A stretch of 32,000 bases of DNA from Kineococcus radiotolerans SRS30216 = ATCC BAA-149. Lineage in GTDB: Bacteria > Actinomycetota > Actinomycetes > Actinomycetales > Kineococcaceae. A program made the translations under genes and the position numbers. Under the pieces are notes generated by a model. The model made no database searches and was not told where the DNA came from. It worked only from the letters and a program-made list of their open reading frames with translations. Positions 30,672 to 32,000 of the stretch are shown piece after piece (position 1 is the first letter of the stretch; each line of letters opens with the position of its first letter). Location of the stretch: the NCBI RefSeq assembly GCF_000017305.1, contig NC_009664.2:1500001-1532000 (forward strand), read 5' to 3'.

Positions 30672-31520
30672 TCAGGGTTCCCGGCGGGCCGACCCCTCCG
30701 CGTCCCGGCTCAGCGCGAGGGTGAGCCCGCGCTGGGCGACGCCGACGAGCCCGACGCCGGACATCTCCTCGAACGGGACCCAGCGGGCGAGGTCGGTGCT
30801 GCCGCCCACGTCGAGCACCTCGGGCACCCGGACCCGCGTCGGCGTGGCCGTCACCAGGATGCGGACGGCGTGGAAGTCCTCCAGGACCCCGCGCGGGGAG
30901 CGGCCGGTGAAGTGCTCGGAACCGACCTCGGCCAGGCCGGTCACCTCGACGTCCATGCCGGTCTCCTCGTGCACCTCCCGCACGACGGCCGCGACCGGGT
31001 GCTCGCCGTGGTCCACCCCGCCGCCGGGCAGCGTCCAGCGGCCGGGGCTGGGGGTCAGCGGGCTCAGCCGGGTCAGCAGCAGCGCCCCGTCGGCCACGAC
31101 GACGGCGTAGCAGGCCAGCCGCTGCCGCACGACGGGGACGTCGGGGTCCTCGCCCGGGGCGAGCCGGCGCAGTTCGGCCTCCTCGACGGCGACGAGCGCG
31201 TCCGCCACCAGCGGCCACCGCTCCCCCCGCCCGGCGACGTCCAGCCACTCCCCCGCCGGCGGGCGCGGGGCGCGGGCGGCGAGGACGAGGTGGACGGTGT
31301 GGACGTCGACGGGACCCCCCGCGTGCTCCACCTCGCGGCGCCCGTCGTGGACGGCCAGCAGGCCCTCGACCTCGCTGCCGTCGCCGAGGGTGCGCCGCAG
31401 CGCCGCCGCCGGGGTCTCCCCGTGGGCCAGCACCGTCCACGGCAGGGCCCCGTCGACGACCAGCAGGCGCCCGTCGACGACGACGGCCGCGTGCACGGCG
31501 ACGCGCTGCAACCGCCTCAC
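30672..31520 (-). CDS. Nudix hydrolase with an N-terminal degenerate Nudix-like domain
   Basis: The C-terminal half carries a canonical Nudix box GGGVDHGEHPVAAVVREVHEETG. The N-terminal half has the fold-like pattern but no box. GTG at 31520 overlaps the upstream stop (GTGA). Confidence 0.8.
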   Translation of the reverse strand: MRRLQRVAVHAAVVVDGRLLVVDGALPWTVLAHGETPAAALRRTLGDGSEVEGLLAVHDGRREVEHAGGPVDVHTVHLVLAARAPRPPAGEWLDVAGRGERWPLVADALVAVEEAELRRLAPGEDPDVPVVRQRLACYAVVVADGALLLTRLSPLTPSPGRWTLPGGGVDHGEHPVAAVVREVHEETGMDVEVTGLAEVGSEHFTGRSPRGVLEDFHAVRILVTATPTRVRVPEVLDVGGSTDLARWVPFEEMSGVGLVGVAQRGLTLALSRDAEGSARREP

Positions 31521-31900
31521 GCGGTGGCGCGCGGGGCTCGGCGAGCGCCCAGGTGGACCTGCGCGTAGCGGGTGTTCCTGCGCTCGGCGTAGAAGGAGAG
31601 GAAGGGGACCGTGCCCGCGAGCGCGGTCAGCACCATCCGACCCCACGACCAGCGCAGGCGGTTGCCGAGGTCGAAGGTCGTGATGAGGAGGAGGACGTAG
31701 AGCCAGCCGTGGGCGACGCCGACGACCTCGACGACGCCGCTGCCGCCCCCGAACCAGCCGAGGTACTTCTGCGGCATCCCCACCAGGACGAGGACGACGA
31801 GGCCGATGCCCGTCAGCCAGGCCATCACCCGGTAGCGCGTCAGCGCCGCCCGGACCTTGGGGACCGAACGCAGGCCACCGGCCGCTCCGTCAGCACTCAC
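31517..31900 (-). CDS. DUF3817-type integral membrane protein
   Basis: Pattern YRVMAWLTGIGLVVLVLVGMPQKYLG...GVAHGWLYVLLL...TVPFLSFYAERR matches my recollection of the DUF3817 family. Three to four TM helices. GTG at 31900. Confidence 0.7.
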   Translation of the reverse strand: MSADGAAGGLRSVPKVRAALTRYRVMAWLTGIGLVVLVLVGMPQKYLGWFGGGSGVVEVVGVAHGWLYVLLLITTFDLGNRLRWSWGRMVLTALAGTVPFLSFYAERRNTRYAQVHLGARRAPRATA

Positions 31901-32000
31901 CGGGCACCACTCATGTCTCGTCCTCCGGAACCGTCCACCTGCTCGTCGTCCGAGCCGTCGCCGGCGTCGTCCTCCCCGGGATCATCCCCCACGTCCGCAC
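31897..32000 (-). CDS. 3' end of an upstream gene (acidic low-complexity C-terminal tail); the rest lies outside the window
   Basis: The minus-strand frame is open from the window edge: ...ADVGDDPGEDDAGDGSDDEQVDGSGGRDMSGAR*. GC3 is high. Its TGA (31899-31897) overlaps the DUF3817 GTG start (GTGA). No function can be assigned. Confidence 0.25.
   Translation of the reverse strand, partial: ADVGDDPGEDDAGDGSDDEQVDGSGGRDMSGAR

Noticed and set aside
28759-31440. 893-aa ORF antisense to the MMPL gene and overlapping the Nudix gene
   Set aside because: The translation is Arg/Gly/Asp/Pro-rich with no hydrophobic or domain pattern. The MMPL frame on the plus strand shows a clear 12-TM RND/MMPL architecture.

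Overview
This window is a very GC-rich, gene-dense chromosomal segment (well above 70 % G+C by eye, not computed). It looks like a high-GC actinobacterium, possibly Kineococcus- or Kineosporia-like, but I cannot verify the organism. All six frames carry long open ORFs, so I called genes only where I recognised catalytic or domain motifs, high third-position GC, and start-site context. I support about 30 CDSs. Left to right they are: a Cu-type P1B ATPase cut by the left edge; a TetR/SDR divergent pair; an FAD monooxygenase; an RsbW-like kinase; a tandem USP; a LacI/PhyH dioxygenase/APC permease module; a nagA-SIS operon with a divergent RpiR regulator; a GT-C membrane glycosyltransferase; a P-loop kinase; a DcyD/ACC-deaminase-like protein divergent from a GlcD-like FAD oxidase; argG; a YbaK-like deacylase; a large LuxR/LAL regulator split across two frames; small ORFs; an MBL hydrolase; a PPOX-class protein; an alpha/beta hydrolase; pcrA/uvrD1; a coupled TetR-MMPL pair; and a Nudix/DUF3817 operon. 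I saw no rRNA, convincing tRNA, CRISPR array, transposase or integrase. I did not find a convincing new multi-gene system. The content looks like core and metabolic genes, not an accessory island. The most unusual items are the frameshifted LAL regulator with an upstream small ORF, two enzyme homologs missing their canonical catalytic residue, a six-unit 10-bp-phased GGWCC array between pcrA and tetR-mmpL, and several sharply defined operator or promoter candidates. All functions are inferred from motifs read by eye, with no database search.
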